This document shows positions 22,334-24,000 of a DNA stretch of 24,000 nt, one piece after another. A model generated the notes under the pieces. It was given only the letters and a program-made list of their open reading frames with translations, ran no database searches and had not been told where the DNA came from. A program made the translations under genes and the position numbers. The DNA lies in the NCBI RefSeq assembly GCF_018433835.1, contig NZ_JAHDQM010000043.1; one strand, written 5' to 3'. The first letter of the stretch is position 1. Every line of letters starts with the position of its first letter. Source of the stretch: Methanoculleus sp. GTDB lineage: Archaea > Halobacteriota > Methanomicrobia > Methanomicrobiales > Methanoculleaceae.

Positions 22334-22551
22334 AAATCATATCCCCGGTAATAAGTGATTTGCGGTGACAGCCCGGCTTCAGCCGGATTGCCCTGCAGTT
22401 TCCCCGGCTACGCAAACGCGTCTATGGGCATGCCAAAGGCCGTTTCCGGCCATTTGCACCACGGCCTCTCGCACCTGCCGCTCCCTCCCCGCCGTGAAGG
22501 GGAGCGCACACCCTTGCGTCCCAACCGGAGTCCGGGTCTCGTGAAGGGCGC

Positions 22552-24000
22552 TTAAAGAAGCCCTATCCGGTTGAGTACCGGTGAGAGCGACGTCATATGG
22601 CCCTGGATGTAAACCGTCTCACGGGGGTCGGCGCCCATTGCGAGCGCCAGGAGCTCGGTGATATGGAGCACCGGCACCCCCATATGGTCGTACACCAGCT
22701 CGCACCCCGGGCAGTCGACGACCATCATGTCCAGGCGGTGCTGCATAAAATCCTGATAAACGAGCCGGTTCAGCCGTGAAAGTTCCAGAGGGCGGCCTTT
22801 CTGGTGCCGATCGAAGAGGTTCTTGACCCCGCCGCAGCAGTACTGCTCCATCACGCTTCTCGTGACCCTCGCCCCGGTAACCGCCGTGAGGTTCTGCAGC
22901 CCCGGCGGAATGGCGAGGGTGCCGTTCATCTTCCGGTAATGGCAGCTGACATGCACCCCGACGTGCAGTCCCGAGAGCCGCGTCTCGATGAGCCTTCTCA
23001 ATTCGTCGAGGTAGAGGGGGTAGAGGTCGAGGACGTTCGCCACTGAAAACGTTCCCGGGTCGCTCACCCCCCGCCCGATCCGGCTCAGCGCCTCGTTCAC
23101 CACTGCCCTGTTGGCGCTCCCGGAGAGCAGTTCAAGTGTGGTCGTATACGAGTCGCTGCAGGTCGGGCAGATCCCGGTGACGGGGATGTCGCCGCCCGGG
23201 TCGACCGTGTCCCGGATGACGCTGAGGTTCCGGGCGGTGAGGAGGAGCCGGTCCGCAAAGCCGGCGCCGCCCATGTAGTGCGGGGCACCCCCGCAGCAGG
23301 TTTGCGATCTCGAGGTCTTATACTGGACGCCGAGCGCGGTAAGGATCTTTTTCTGCGAGAGGTCTGCTCCGGGATAGTTGAAGGCACAGCAGGAGTTGAG
23401 GTGGAAGACCTGGTCCGGCCGGGTGAGCGAGCGTTTCGGCGCGGGATGCCCGGGCGGGGAGAAGACCGACGCCTTGAGGGGGTGGAGCAACAGCTTCCGG
23501 ACCTCGTCGACCGCTCCGGCATCCACCGGATACGGGTGCAGGATGGCCTTTGCGACGAACTTCCTGAACCTGCCCCTGCTGGTGTAGACCGGGAGAAAGG
23601 CCTGGGGGGGAAGGCCCCCACGATCGAGGAGCATCTTTCGAAAGATCGGCTGTAAGTGTTCCGTTTCGTATACGGCATTGATGATCCCGCCGATGCTGAC
23701 CGACCGCGGGCAGACCGTCTCGCAGGAGTAGCACTGGACGCAGTCTGAGAGGTTGAGCTCCGGGCGCCTGCCTGCCTGGAGTGCCGCGGTCACCTTCCGT
23801 GCAAGGTATCCCCGGTCCCCGTTCGCTCCTGGATCGTTGATCCGTGCCGGGCAATACGGCGTGCAGGAACCACATGCATTGCAGAGCTGGAAGTTCCGGA
23901 ATCGCGGGTCCTCTTCGTGCAGCAGGCGGTGGATGACCCCCTCCGTGATCGCGTCCCGGATCGCCACCAGGTCCGGCTCCGGGAGGGCTCTATCGAGCAT
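22552..24000 (-). CDS. HdrD-like Fe-S protein: HdrC-type 2x[4Fe-4S] ferredoxin domain fused to HdrB-type double CCG domain; the N-terminus may extend beyond the window
   Basis: There are two ferredoxin motifs (CNACGSCTPYCP, CVQCYSCETVCP) and two CCG domains (SCCAF..TCCGGAPHY..CPTC; SCHY..YCCGGVKN..CPGC). An ATG sits exactly at 24000, but no upstream stop is visible. Confidence 0.85.
   Translation of the reverse strand: MLDRALPEPDLVAIRDAITEGVIHRLLHEEDPRFRNFQLCNACGSCTPYCPARINDPGANGDRGYLARKVTAALQAGRRPELNLSDCVQCYSCETVCPRSVSIGGIINAVYETEHLQPIFRKMLLDRGGLPPQAFLPVYTSRGRFRKFVAKAILHPYPVDAGAVDEVRKLLLHPLKASVFSPPGHPAPKRSLTRPDQVFHLNSCCAFNYPGADLSQKKILTALGVQYKTSRSQTCCGGAPHYMGGAGFADRLLLTARNLSVIRDTVDPGGDIPVTGICPTCSDSYTTTLELLSGSANRAVVNEALSRIGRGVSDPGTFSVANVLDLYPLYLDELRRLIETRLSGLHVGVHVSCHYRKMNGTLAIPPGLQNLTAVTGARVTRSVMEQYCCGGVKNLFDRHQKGRPLELSRLNRLVYQDFMQHRLDMMVVDCPGCELVYDHMGVPVLHITELLALAMGADPRETVYIQGHMTSLSPVLNRIGLL

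Overview
This is a GC-rich archaeal chromosomal segment; hand-sampled stretches are mostly 60-70 % G+C. The gene content is diagnostic of a methanogen, and Methanomicrobiales/Methanoculleus-like is my guess only. I can support 22 protein-coding genes. I see no rRNA or tRNA, no CRISPR array, and no transposase or integrase. From left to right the window holds: (1) the 3' part of an NHL-repeat protein; (2) an exported, sequon-rich fasciclin (FAS1) lipoprotein; (3) a 1259-aa Fe-S PD-(D/E)xK nuclease + SF1B helicase fusion bracketed by unusually long non-coding flanks of 292 and 555 bp; (4) a MutY-like HhH-GPD glycosylase that lacks the 4-Cys cluster loop; (5) UvdE; (6) four tandem, individually promoted, signal-less FAS1 paralogues on the minus strand; (7) a four-gene translationally coupled minus-strand operon made of an Hjc-type resolvase, a Dus/DHODH-like TIM barrel fused to a duplicated Cys-rich module, a CitG-like protein and a DUF447-like protein, which I interpret as methanopterin-linked; (8) the coenzyme F430 genes cfbA-cfbE-cfbD-cfbB, without cfbC, diverging from that operon across a 75-bp AT-rich promoter region; (9) a tandem pair of hairpin repeats built from the heptamer CTTCGCG/CGCGAAG; (10) a geranylgeranyl-reductase-family flavoprotein; (11) an 18-bp-stem hairpin abutting a stand-alone ATP-cone protein; (12) a MATE exporter; (13) a soluble PAS-GAF histidine kinase; (14) an HdrD-like Fe-S protein. 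The best follow-up candidates are the isolated nuclease-helicase with its structured downstream gap and adjacent lesion-processing genes, the cytoplasmic FAS1 paralogue array, and the hjc-led cofactor operon. None of these is proven novel from sequence alone. The many long antisense ORFs in the track are GC-rich shadow frames and I rejected them.
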